The notes under the pieces were generated by a model. The model ran no database searches and was not told where the DNA came from. It saw only the letters and a program-made list of their open reading frames with translations. From contig NTJT01000003.1 in NCBI GenBank assembly GCA_002457605.1, positions 8,748 through 72,747 of the forward strand: a DNA stretch of 64,000 nucleotides. The letters run 5' to 3'. Position 1 is the stretch's first letter. Each line of letters starts with the position of its first letter. The stretch is from Marine Group II euryarchaeote MED-G34 (GTDB lineage: Archaea > Thermoplasmatota > Poseidoniia > Poseidoniales > Thalassarchaeaceae). This document shows positions 19,223 to 27,889 of the stretch, one piece after another. The position numbers were made by a program, and so were the translations under genes.

Positions 19223-20016
19223 TGGCAATTCCTATAGTTCCACAGTTACTAAGAGCTCATCTGGCCGAATTGGCCGAGAATGATGAGAGGCACGATGGCC
19301 GTGCACGATGGGAGTCCAGAAACACTGAACTCGAAATCGGTGTACTGCGGAATGCCGAAGGTTCTGCAAAGGTTAGGATAGGTGACACCATCGTATACGC
19401 GGGTGTAAAATTCCAAATCATGACCCCATATCCAGATCGTCCAAATCAGGGTGGTCTGATGTGCAGTGCTGAGATTAGGCCCGTAGCAGGGCCAAACTGG
19501 GAACCCGGCCCCCCTAGTCCAGAGTCGATAGAACTCGGACGAGTAGTCGACAGAGGGATACGCGAGTCAGGGTGCATAGATGTCGATAACCTCTGCATCA
19601 TTCCCGGAGAGAAGGCATGGCAGGTAATTCTTGATCTGTTTGCAATTTCTGATGACGGCAATCTGTTCGATGCATTTGCTTTAGCTGGAATTGCGGCATT
19701 GAAGTCCGCAATGCTCCCTGAAGTGAAATTCGAAATGAGTGACAGTGACAGACCCCTACCAGTATCCAAGACCCCCATAATGTGCTCCTATCACAAAGTC
19801 GGCGGACGTTTCGTTTACGATGCCGATGGTAGGGAGGAACTCGGTGGCGATGAGCGAATACACATCACATTGGGTGATGACGACCACGTTCATTCTCTAC
19901 AAAAGGGCCTAAAGGGCATATTCACAGAGAATGAGTTTTCTGAAATCATGGAACATGCTCAAAGCAGATGCAAGGAGCTTCGAGAGATGGTGCATAATGC
20001 CGAGGAGGCAGATTGA
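19222..20016 (+). CDS. rrp42: Exosome complex subunit Rrp42 (RNase PH-like, inactive)
   Basis: RHDGRARWESR plus EGSAKVRIGDT RNase PH-like motifs. Internal ATG at 19222 forms a TGATG junction with the rrp41 stop. Confidence 0.85.
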   Translation: MAIPIVPQLLRAHLAELAENDERHDGRARWESRNTELEIGVLRNAEGSAKVRIGDTIVYAGVKFQIMTPYPDRPNQGGLMCSAEIRPVAGPNWEPGPPSPESIELGRVVDRGIRESGCIDVDNLCIIPGEKAWQVILDLFAISDDGNLFDAFALAGIAALKSAMLPEVKFEMSDSDRPLPVSKTPIMCSYHKVGGRFVYDADGREELGGDERIHITLGDDDHVHSLQKGLKGIFTENEFSEIMEHAQSRCKELREMVHNAEEAD

Positions 20017-20381
20017 TGGCTAAGAGAACCCAGAAATCTGGTGCCACGGCTCGTTTCGGTGCTCGATACGGCGTGAGCGTACGTAGGAGAGCTGGCTCAG
20101 CTATCAAGAAGAAGTCTAGGAAATACACCTGCCCCGTATGCCAATACCAGAAGGTTAGGCGTAAGGCAGCAGGAATCTGGGAGTGCCGCAAGTGTGACCA
20201 CACTTTCACTGGGGGCGTTTGGGAACCATTCACTCGAGCTACAGATTCCAATAACAGAATCATCCGCCGTTCTATGGAGGGCGCTACTGCTACAGATATG
20301 ACAGTTATCGCTCAGCAGGCGGCACTGGACTATGAGCGAAAGCTCGATGAGGCTGAGTTAAATGACTCCGAGGAAGAGTGA
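20016..20381 (+). CDS. rpl37ae: Ribosomal protein eL43 (L37Ae) with acidic C-terminal extension
   Basis: MAKRTQKSGATARFGARYG and a C4 Zn ribbon (CPVC...CRKC). TGATG junction with rrp42. About 30 extra C-terminal residues ending in SEEE. Confidence 0.9.
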   Translation: MAKRTQKSGATARFGARYGVSVRRRAGSAIKKKSRKYTCPVCQYQKVRRKAAGIWECRKCDHTFTGGVWEPFTRATDSNNRIIRRSMEGATATDMTVIAQQAALDYERKLDEAELNDSEEE

Positions 20382-20595
20382 GTCGTCAAGACTAGTACTC
20401 AAATTGACTCATAAGAATGCGGATGCTTTAGCCGCCTCCCTAACAACCGAGGCTGAATTCAGCGATATCGAAGGCACCATAGAGGTCACTGAACGGGCAG
20501 CAAGTATGGTGGACTTGAGGGCTAGATGGAACACTTTGATGCGTGGGTTAATTGCATCAGAGCAGGTACTGGGAATCACAGAGGGGAGTGAATGA
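20362..20595 (+). CDS. pcc1: Probable KEOPS subunit Pcc1
   Basis: 77-aa protein. NADALAASLTTEAEF ... DLRARWNTLMRGLIAS resembles the Pcc1/CTAG family pattern (A..i..sL.pE ... LRa..ns.lR). Located in the exosome superoperon. Assigned from memory only. Confidence 0.5.
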   Translation: MTPRKSESSRLVLKLTHKNADALAASLTTEAEFSDIEGTIEVTERAASMVDLRARWNTLMRGLIASEQVLGITEGSE

Positions 20596-20915
20596 GCGAA
20601 TCTGATGTTACAGCACAGGCCCTACAGACTGTGGCCCAAGAACTCCAATTGACTAGATCACAGTTACAGGCTGTCTCCGCGCAGGTTAACGAGATATCAT
20701 TGACGATTGAAGCCCTTTCGACTCAGGAATCTTCGCGACCCGTATTCAGGGCGGTAGGAAATCTACTACTGGAGGTAGATGATCGAATAGCTCTCACCAA
20801 AGAATTAGAAGATTCAAAGTCGACTTTCAAGATTCATGCAGACAGATTGGCAGAGAGGGAATCTGCATTAGTTTCGCAGTATGAGCAGATGGCTAAAGAA
20901 TTCGAGGCCCAGTGA
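20592..20915 (+). CDS. pfdB: Prefoldin beta subunit
   Basis: 107-aa coiled-coil protein with central RPVFRAVGNLLLEVD beta-hairpin motif. ATGA overlap with the upstream gene. Confidence 0.8.
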   Translation: MSESDVTAQALQTVAQELQLTRSQLQAVSAQVNEISLTIEALSTQESSRPVFRAVGNLLLEVDDRIALTKELEDSKSTFKIHADRLAERESALVSQYEQMAKEFEAQ

Positions 20916-20922
20916 GGTCGAG

Positions 20923-21753
20923 ATGGTAGCCGAAGATTCGTCGAAATCTCGACTACAAAATGACTTTCTTGAATTCCGACAGACCATACTCAGCGGAGAC
21001 GTTGCAACAGCCATCACTGACTCTGCAAGTATCCTTGAGCGTTCGAGATCTAAAGAAGAGAGGGACCCTGCCATCGAGGCCATGATACGAATGGAGAGGG
21101 CGTTGCACGTACCTAACGAACCTTCGTTGGTCGGTACGGAATTGAGGTGGTGTGCAGATAGGATGAATGCATTATCTCCGGGTTCGGCGAGCCATGGAAT
21201 ATGTCTACTCAATTTAGCAGCATGGCATCGAAACAGGGGAGAGACGATGATGTCACTGGCCACACATTCAGGAATCTCCTTGTCTACGGGACATCCAATC
21301 GAGATAGTCGGTCTTTCCAGATTAGAGGTGGCAAGAATTCTAGTCGGACTCAATGATCTAGACCCTGCGATGAGGCACTTTTGGTCTGCGAGGGAATACC
21401 TGACGAAATCTGGTATGTCTCCAGAGGCTTTGTCCGCTTCGCTAGAGTGGCTAGACCTAGCTCTTGAGGAAGTTGATAGTAAATCCCCTAGGATGTCTGT
21501 CCGAGTTACAGAGGCAACACCTAGGGGTAAGCCAGGAAATACATGGGTACCTGCGAATCCAGAAGACATCAGAGAGATAGTGGAATCATTAATTCCAGTC
21601 TTGCTTGTAGATGTCTCAGGCGATGAACGAAAGGATATCGGATTGATATTGGATGCCGCAGAGTTACTTGCAGAGGATTCGTGGCTGGAAATAATTTCCG
21701 AGAGAATTTCCGAGATTCAAGACTCGAGTGTTGTCGCAGCACTCCAATCGTGA
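20923..21753 (+). CDS. Hypothetical protein (helical-repeat-like)
   Basis: Open frame 20881..21753. I prefer the ATG at 20923, which is preceded by GAGGT and lies just after the pfdB stop. Acidic composition like neighbouring real genes. A 233-aa Ser-rich ORF on the opposite strand is judged a shadow. Confidence 0.45.
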   Translation: MVAEDSSKSRLQNDFLEFRQTILSGDVATAITDSASILERSRSKEERDPAIEAMIRMERALHVPNEPSLVGTELRWCADRMNALSPGSASHGICLLNLAAWHRNRGETMMSLATHSGISLSTGHPIEIVGLSRLEVARILVGLNDLDPAMRHFWSAREYLTKSGMSPEALSASLEWLDLALEEVDSKSPRMSVRVTEATPRGKPGNTWVPANPEDIREIVESLIPVLLVDVSGDERKDIGLILDAAELLAEDSWLEIISERISEIQDSSVVAALQS

Positions 21754-22172
21754 TCTAACATCTTCTCAATTTCTTCAGAATCCCATGCAGTATCGTGTGG
21801 TATCTGCATACACCATCCCACTTCTTCGATCCTATGCTCTGGGGATTGCCATGATACAGGACCTGGCTCTTCTTCCACTTCTATCCACACAACATGCCCT
21901 CCTTCGACTATCTCAGAATCGTATGCTTTAGCCGTGCCCAATAATCCCGTTTCTTCAAATAACTCTCTCAGAGCAGCTTCTTCAATCGCCTCTCCTTCAT
22001 TGATCTTACCGCCGGGTAGTTCCCAACCTCTCTTAGCATCGCGTACCATTATCCAGCATACTTCTCCATCATCTTCCAACAAATTCGAAGTCGAAGTGGT
22101 CCAGGCCAAGACAAATGCTTCAGTCACGAATATCCTTCCTAATTGTCTCCACCAGATCAATCGCCCCCTCAA
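21717..22172 (-). CDS. NUDIX hydrolase
   Basis: Complete Nudix box GGKINEGEAIEEAALRELFEETG. Start uncertain, since the ORF overlaps the 3' end of the next gene. Confidence 0.85.
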   Translation of the reverse strand: MRGRLIWWRQLGRIFVTEAFVLAWTTSTSNLLEDDGEVCWIMVRDAKRGWELPGGKINEGEAIEEAALRELFEETGLLGTAKAYDSEIVEGGHVVWIEVEEEPGPVSWQSPEHRIEEVGWCMQIPHDTAWDSEEIEKMLDHDWSAATTLES

Positions 22173-23106
22173 CCCCTTCAGCAGCCATTCTACGGGCTAG
22201 AAAGAAAGCCTCAGACAAACGCTCCTCATTCAGAAGTATGTGGACTTCTTCCAGAGGATTACTGGGAACTTCGTCGGACTCATTCACGGTAGTGGGAATA
22301 TTTTCGTCATTGGGTGTGGCTAATTGCTGCATTCGAGTCAAGAAATCTACCCGCCGACTTACTTCAGGCTCCTTCCACGGTTCAGAGACTCTACCATCCA
22401 TCTTCGCTTCCATCCTATCTCTAAAACGGTCCCTTTCATGAATCTCAGGGAAGTGTGTCTGTGCTTGATCGTAGCACATCCAAGCCTGCTCGAACTCACC
22501 ACGTCTTTCGTGCATCCGTCCTAGTTCTGCCCAGGCCTCATGGTTGCTAGGTCGCTGTGCCAGAATAATTCTGGATAGTTCTAGGTACTGTTCTTCCATT
22601 CCACTATCTCTTACCCTTTCCAACCGTCTAGAGAACAATACATTGGCCCTTTGATCGGTTAGGTCAAGATTCTTGACTCGCTCGATGAAATCTCCAAGAG
22701 TTACATCTGATTGAGAAGTCGATGTCCACCATTCATCTGGATCCAAGGGATCTGCCATCAAACTGGCTTCAAGTATTGGAAATCCAGATTGACTCATGCT
22801 CACCTCGTCAAGTTGTGCCAACGCCTCTGGATCTCGACCAAGAATAGTGAACAACTCATTCAGAACTGCTCGTATCCCATGCTCATCCCCTGATTCTAAT
22901 TTTACTCGCACTAGAATCCTCCAATTCTCGGGGTTGGTAAAATCGTGTAGCACGGCCTGCCTAGCACTCTGTTCAGCCCATTCTAGATTCTGCGAATCTA
23001 ATTCAGTCAATGATAGAAATTTTTCTGCCTGACTCCTATGCCTGTTCCCTAGGCTTCGCCGGGGGTGCTGTAGCCTCGTAGACATGTCATCGGTGGTTTT
23101 GGCCAT
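22120..23106 (-). CDS. Hypothetical TPR-like repeat protein
   Basis: Helical-repeat sequence, e.g. NHEAWAELGRMHERRGEFEQAWMCYDQAQ. Start placed at the internal ATG 23106 (MAKTTDD) to avoid overlapping the upstream gene. Confidence 0.5.
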   Translation of the reverse strand: MAKTTDDMSTRLQHPRRSLGNRHRSQAEKFLSLTELDSQNLEWAEQSARQAVLHDFTNPENWRILVRVKLESGDEHGIRAVLNELFTILGRDPEALAQLDEVSMSQSGFPILEASLMADPLDPDEWWTSTSQSDVTLGDFIERVKNLDLTDQRANVLFSRRLERVRDSGMEEQYLELSRIILAQRPSNHEAWAELGRMHERRGEFEQAWMCYDQAQTHFPEIHERDRFRDRMEAKMDGRVSEPWKEPEVSRRVDFLTRMQQLATPNDENIPTTVNESDEVPSNPLEEVHILLNEERLSEAFFLARRMAAEGVEGAIDLVETIRKDIRD

Positions 23107-23113
23107 CTGATCC

Positions 23114-24424
23114 TCACAGGACCGATTCAAACGGTCCACGGTTCACTCCTAGGGGAAGGGTTGCATCCATTCCAATCTTACTGGTTGAACCGTCTTCGTA
23201 CCTGCTTGGGTCCAGTGACGAGCCTTTCTGACCTGTGAGGATGACTGTATCAGTATCGGGTTGCCATCTAGTCATCAGCGCCCATTCGACCCTAATTGGA
23301 TTAGCTATGTCTATGTCTTCATCCACCACCACAACTTGCTTCATTGATCGATGTCCATCGAGTGCAGCATGTATTGCCTTGATTCCATCTCCATCATGCT
23401 GTGGCTTAATCTGAACGACAGATGACAGCCAACCACACCCCCCTTCAGTCAGATAGACATCTGTGCAATTGACGACTTCGGAGACAGCCGCCTTGATGGT
23501 CGGAGCACGTGGCATCCCCATTAGAGTCCTGTGCTCTACTCCGGCTGAGATTAGAGCATGGAAGACAGGATCTGAGCGATGATACACTGAGTCGTACTCT
23601 ATCACGGGTTCCTGTCGAACATCATCAACCGTACCAGTGATATCAACGTAAGGTCCTTCATCATCCAACTCTAGAGTGATTCTAGCTTCCATGGCATACT
23701 CTGAGTCCGCTGGTACAGATATTCCATTAGGGAGTCGGACCATACGCAGAGGTTTTCCATGTAGTCTGCTGTGAAGGGCCGCAGCTACAGTTAGCTCGTC
23801 TAGATCCTCGTTGAAAGACATGGCAGCAGCCAGAAGAACGGTAGCATCTGCCCCATTGACAACAGCAATAGGAACTTCATCTCCGTTAGCACTGGCTTTC
23901 TCATACATAGTCCGTAGATGTCTCGGCACGAATCTAGCCACACAATGTCGCTTCCCTCGAAGTAGCTGGCGGTGATATGACATGTTCCGTATGCCGTCGT
24001 ACTCAGCAATTATGACCGATGCGGATTGATATCTCCCAGCATCTTCTTTGTAATGCTTAGGAATAGGTATCTTCTGTAGGTCAACAGGTTCCTGTTTGCA
24101 CTGGAGCACCTCAGCCTCTGTAGATTCGATTTCGAGAGGGGATTCCGGATTGGCCATCCCCCAAGCAAGCACATCGATGAGTTCACCAGGGCTAACCGAG
24201 AAAACCTCGCACAGACGGTCCCTGACTAGTACATCCAGTGCAGCCCTGTGTCCAGGAGTCTCGATGACATCATTGAACACTACCCCCTTTCCTCCCGACA
24301 CAGAAGCTCTGTCAAACATTTCCAGATTTACACTCACAGCGTTATCGTCGCAATCGACTCCATGTAGCAAATCACGGAACGCCATGGTGTCGTCGCCGTG
24401 CCTAATCGGTTTGAATGTTAGCAA
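23114..24424 (-). CDS. UbiD-family (prenyl-FMN-dependent) decarboxylase, short archaeal form
   Basis: UbiD-like motifs DAGRYQSASVII, NMSYHRQLL, DDEGPYVDITG. 423-436 aa depending on the start (the internal ATG at 24385 gives MAFRDLL). Confidence 0.7.
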   Translation of the reverse strand: MLTFKPIRHGDDTMAFRDLLHGVDCDDNAVSVNLEMFDRASVSGGKGVVFNDVIETPGHRAALDVLVRDRLCEVFSVSPGELIDVLAWGMANPESPLEIESTEAEVLQCKQEPVDLQKIPIPKHYKEDAGRYQSASVIIAEYDGIRNMSYHRQLLRGKRHCVARFVPRHLRTMYEKASANGDEVPIAVVNGADATVLLAAAMSFNEDLDELTVAAALHSRLHGKPLRMVRLPNGISVPADSEYAMEARITLELDDEGPYVDITGTVDDVRQEPVIEYDSVYHRSDPVFHALISAGVEHRTLMGMPRAPTIKAAVSEVVNCTDVYLTEGGCGWLSSVVQIKPQHDGDGIKAIHAALDGHRSMKQVVVVDEDIDIANPIRVEWALMTRWQPDTDTVILTGQKGSSLDPSRYEDGSTSKIGMDATLPLGVNRGPFESVL

Positions 24425-24518
24425 CGCTAAACCCCTCTAGGCTACACTCACCTATGGTGAGCCCGTCACGCTCTTATACCATCGGTGGGTCGGCGGGGCG
24501 TCAGTTTGAGGTGTACAC

Positions 24519-24959
24519 TTGGGTCGTGGATTGTTCTCTGGACCGAAGATGAAGACCGACCGTAAGAAATATCGCTGGAAGGAACGCAAGTTTCGAAACC
24601 GCCAGTTCAAACGCAGAGCGGGCGGTGTTCTCAAGCACGATCCACTCCGAGGGAGTACCCAAGGCAAGGGTATCGTGATTGAGAAGGTCGGTTTCGAGGC
24701 TAAGCAACCAAATTCTGGAATACGTAAGGCAGTCAAGATTAGTCTGATTAGAACCGGGAATAAGTTGACCGCATTCGCACCCGGAGACGGAGCCATATCA
24801 TTCATTGATGAGCATGACGAAGTGCTCGTCGAGGGTATTGGTGGGAGTATGGGACGCTCATATGGTGACCTTCCTGGTGTCCGATTCAAAGTAATCAAGG
24901 TAAACGGAGTTTCTCTCGACGAGATGGTTCGTGGACGTAAGGAGAAGCCAATCAGGTGA
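24519..24959 (+). CDS. rps12: Ribosomal protein uS12
   Basis: [30 protein letters not shown] plus a conserved N-terminus (GLFSG...KKYRW) that requires the TTG at 24519 as start. Confidence 0.95.
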   Translation: MGRGLFSGPKMKTDRKKYRWKERKFRNRQFKRRAGGVLKHDPLRGSTQGKGIVIEKVGFEAKQPNSGIRKAVKISLIRTGNKLTAFAPGDGAISFIDEHDEVLVEGIGGSMGRSYGDLPGVRFKVIKVNGVSLDEMVRGRKEKPIR

Positions 24960-24969
24960 GGTATTCAGA

Positions 24970-25578
24970 ATGGCCGAGGAAGTGCAGGTAGAGCAAGAGG
25001 CACCTATTGCCGGTATCGGCACTATGGTATTCGGAAAGTGGGATGTATCAGAAATCACCTGTGATGATCCCGGGCTGGCTCCATACATCAATCTCACAAC
25101 GATAGGGACTCCTCACTCAGGAGGTAGGCACGCCAACGCGTGGTTTGGTAAGTCCAAACTATCTGTTATAGAGCGCTTCATTAACAACCTGATGCGAACA
25201 GGTAAATTCTCTGGGAAGAAGCAACATTGTGCCAAGGCTTACGAACAGGCTCTAGACAAGATAGCATCCAAGAGTGGGCAGAATCCACTACAGAAGTTCA
25301 TCGATGCAATCGTCGAAGCTGCTCCTTGCGAGGAGACGACTCGCATCAAGGTCGGAGCAGTTAGTCAGCCTAAGGCTGTAGATTCATCACCCAGTCGTAG
25401 ATTGGACATAGCATTGCGCAACATCGCTATCGGTGCGGCCGCTGCCACAGCAAAAAGTCGCCGAACTCTCACCGAGGGAATAGTGGCAGAACTATCCAAA
25501 GCAGCTGAGGGAGATGTCAATTCTTACTCGGTAGGGAAGAGGGAAGAGATCGAGAGAATCGCCGCTTCCGCGCGATGA
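24970..25578 (+). CDS. rps7: Ribosomal protein uS7
   Basis: Archaeal S7 pattern (KWDVSEI, IERFINNLMRTGK, AIVEAAP, SRR..AL). Start placed at the ATG 24970, 10 nt after the rps12 stop. Confidence 0.9.
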   Translation: MAEEVQVEQEAPIAGIGTMVFGKWDVSEITCDDPGLAPYINLTTIGTPHSGGRHANAWFGKSKLSVIERFINNLMRTGKFSGKKQHCAKAYEQALDKIASKSGQNPLQKFIDAIVEAAPCEETTRIKVGAVSQPKAVDSSPSRRLDIALRNIAIGAAAATAKSRRTLTEGIVAELSKAAEGDVNSYSVGKREEIERIAASAR

Positions 25579-25681
25579 TTCCGTCACTCTCAAAATAAGG
25601 CCGCTGAGAGTAGATTGAGTCGGTCTCGCAATCGGCTTTATGAACCGTTGTCAGGTCGCCGCATCATCCAGAGGTCTAGTC

Positions 25682-27889
25682 ATGGGTCGTAAGGAAGACA
25701 ACATCAAGCGTGCGACCGAGGTCATGCACGTTCGTGAGAAAATTCGGAACCTAGCAATAGCAGCACATATCGATCACGGCAAGACCACTTTGTCAGACAA
25801 TCTGATAGCCGGTGCGGGCATGATGTCAGAGGATTTGGCAGGTAAGTCACGCGTGCTAGACTTTGATGACCAGGAGAGTGCTCGAGGAATAACAATCAAT
25901 GCAGCCAGCGCTTCTATGGTGCACGGCGTCGGAGGCGATGATTATCTCATTAATCTCATTGATACGCCCGGGCACGTTGACTTTGGTGGCGATGTTACAA
26001 GGGCCATGCGAGCAGTTGATGGATGTATCATCCTAACGTGCGCGGTTGAAGGAGCCATGCCGCAGACTGAGACTGTAGTCAGGCAGGCCCTCAAGGAGAA
26101 GGTTAGGCCAGTACTATTCATCAACAAGGTCGACCGACTAATCAACGAGTTGCAAGTCACTCCTCAAGACATGATTAGTCGATTCGAAGAGCAGATTACC
26201 AGAGTCAACACTCTAATTCGTCAATTCGCTCCAGCGGAGCATCGCAAGGACTGGCAAGTCAATGTGCAGGATGGAACAGTCGCATTTGGTTCTGCGTACC
26301 ATAATTGGGGAATTACATTACCCTACATGGAGAAGTCCGGGGTCGGTTTCAAGGATATCTTTGAGCACTGCCATAACGAGGAACAGAAGGAACTGTCCAA
26401 GAAGGCACCCGTGCACGAGGTCCTCCTTGATATGGCCGTCGAGAAATTACCTTCACCACTTGTGGCGCAACAGTATAGGATACCGAATATTTGGCAGGGA
26501 GATCTAGAATCAGAAACCGGTTTGGCAATGCTCAGTTGTGATTCAGAAGGCCCACTTTCTTTGATGATTACCAAGATATGGATGGACCCACACGCAGGGG
26601 AGGTTGCCGTTGGCCGGATTTACTCGGGCACAATCAAGCACGGTGAGACAGTATGGGCCCTTGGAGGAGCTAAATCAGAGCGTGTACAGCAGGTGAGCAT
26701 GATGGTTGGTAGCGATAGAATTCAAGTTCCAGAGGTAACTTCTGGTAACATTGTCGCACTGACTGGCGTGCGTAGTGCTGCGGCAGGAGTCACGATAACA
26801 CGAGATGAAGATTCGACCCCGTTCGAAGCCATTCGACATTACTCTGAGCCCGTGGTAACTGTAGCAGTAGAACCGAAATCAATGAAAGATCTACCAAAAT
26901 TCATCGACGCACTAAGAACACTCGGTAAGGCCGATGCGTCTCTTCAAGTCTCCACAAATCAAGAAACTGGGGAGGCGTTATTGGCTGGAATGGGTGAGTT
27001 ACATCTCGAGATCACAGTATACAGGCTAGAGGAAGAGCAGGGAATAAAGGTCACAGTCAGTGAGCCGATAGTGGTGTACAGAGAATCAATTTCATCCGAT
27101 AACACGGGACGTGCCTTTGAGGGGAAGTCACCCAACAGACACAATCGTTTCTACATAGAGACCGAACCACTTCCTGATGACGTTACCAATGCTCTACGTG
27201 AGGGCACTTTCGGAGATGGCGCAGTTAGGAATAAAGATGCCAAGGAGATAGGGGACAGGTTCGCCGAGTTCGGAATGAACAAGGATCTGATGCGTAAAAT
27301 TTACGCAATTAATGGAACAAACATTCTAGTGAATGACACAAAAGGAATTCAGAATCTACATGAGACACGTGAGTTGATTATTGAGGGATTCAATGACGTT
27401 TGTGAGAAGGGCCCCGTAGCTGATGAGCCACTGATGGGTGTAATGGTCAGGCTCGTTGATGCTAAGTTACACGAGGACGCTATTCATCGAGGTCCCGCAC
27501 AGACAATTCCCGCTGTACGCAATGCGGTCAAGGGTGCACTGCTACGTTCTAAGTCAGTAATTTTTGAGCCCATACAGAATATCAGAATTGATGCACCACA
27601 AGATGTCATCGGTGGCGTTACCCGAGAAGTCACCACACGCAGAGGAGTAATTGAAGACATGCCAATAGACGGCAATACGGCCAGTGTCATAGGAGTCATG
27701 CCTGTCGCAGAGTCTTTCGGATTCTCTAATGATATTCGAGCAGCTACCCAGGGAAGGGCGGTTTGGAACACAGAGAATGCTGGATACGTTCATCTTCCAC
27801 CGAGCTTGTTCCACAAGGTCACTGCAGAGATAAGGGAGCGCAAGGGTCTGAAGTTAGATATTCCAGACGAGCTTCAATACACTGACTGA
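25682..27889 (+). CDS. fusA: Translation elongation factor 2 (aEF-2)
   Basis: G-domain AHIDHGKTTLSD, DTPGHVDF, NKVDR. Diphthamide-site context HEDAIHRGPAQ. Start placed at the ATG 25682 (MGRKEDNIKR). Confidence 0.95.
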   Translation: MGRKEDNIKRATEVMHVREKIRNLAIAAHIDHGKTTLSDNLIAGAGMMSEDLAGKSRVLDFDDQESARGITINAASASMVHGVGGDDYLINLIDTPGHVDFGGDVTRAMRAVDGCIILTCAVEGAMPQTETVVRQALKEKVRPVLFINKVDRLINELQVTPQDMISRFEEQITRVNTLIRQFAPAEHRKDWQVNVQDGTVAFGSAYHNWGITLPYMEKSGVGFKDIFEHCHNEEQKELSKKAPVHEVLLDMAVEKLPSPLVAQQYRIPNIWQGDLESETGLAMLSCDSEGPLSLMITKIWMDPHAGEVAVGRIYSGTIKHGETVWALGGAKSERVQQVSMMVGSDRIQVPEVTSGNIVALTGVRSAAAGVTITRDEDSTPFEAIRHYSEPVVTVAVEPKSMKDLPKFIDALRTLGKADASLQVSTNQETGEALLAGMGELHLEITVYRLEEEQGIKVTVSEPIVVYRESISSDNTGRAFEGKSPNRHNRFYIETEPLPDDVTNALREGTFGDGAVRNKDAKEIGDRFAEFGMNKDLMRKIYAINGTNILVNDTKGIQNLHETRELIIEGFNDVCEKGPVADEPLMGVMVRLVDAKLHEDAIHRGPAQTIPAVRNAVKGALLRSKSVIFEPIQNIRIDAPQDVIGGVTREVTTRRGVIEDMPIDGNTASVIGVMPVAESFGFSNDIRAATQGRAVWNTENAGYVHLPPSLFHKVTAEIRERKGLKLDIPDELQYTD

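Noticed and set aside
20868-21569. 233-aa minus-strand ORF overlapping the 20881..21753 plus-strand ORF
   Set aside because: The two long ORFs are mutually exclusive. The minus-strand product is Ser-rich and lacks the acidic composition of genuine proteins here. The plus-strand ORF is longer, continues the operon orientation, and has a GAGGT-ATG start right after pfdB. The call is still only moderately confident.
24452-24898. 148-aa ORF antisense to almost the whole uS12 gene
   Set aside because: uS12 on the + strand is unambiguous through highly conserved motifs. The antisense product is Pro/Ser/Arg-rich low-complexity sequence with no motif. It is a typical shadow ORF of a Lys/Arg/Gly-codon-rich gene.
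25579-25681. Possible promoter (TTTAT at about 25635) upstream of EF-2, and the fact that the str cluster is reduced to S12-S7-EF2 without rpo/nusA upstream or EF-1alpha/S10 downstream
   Set aside because: The TATA-like match is weak and I cannot validate spacing to a TSS. Truncated str clusters are common in archaea, so this is not noteworthy on its own.
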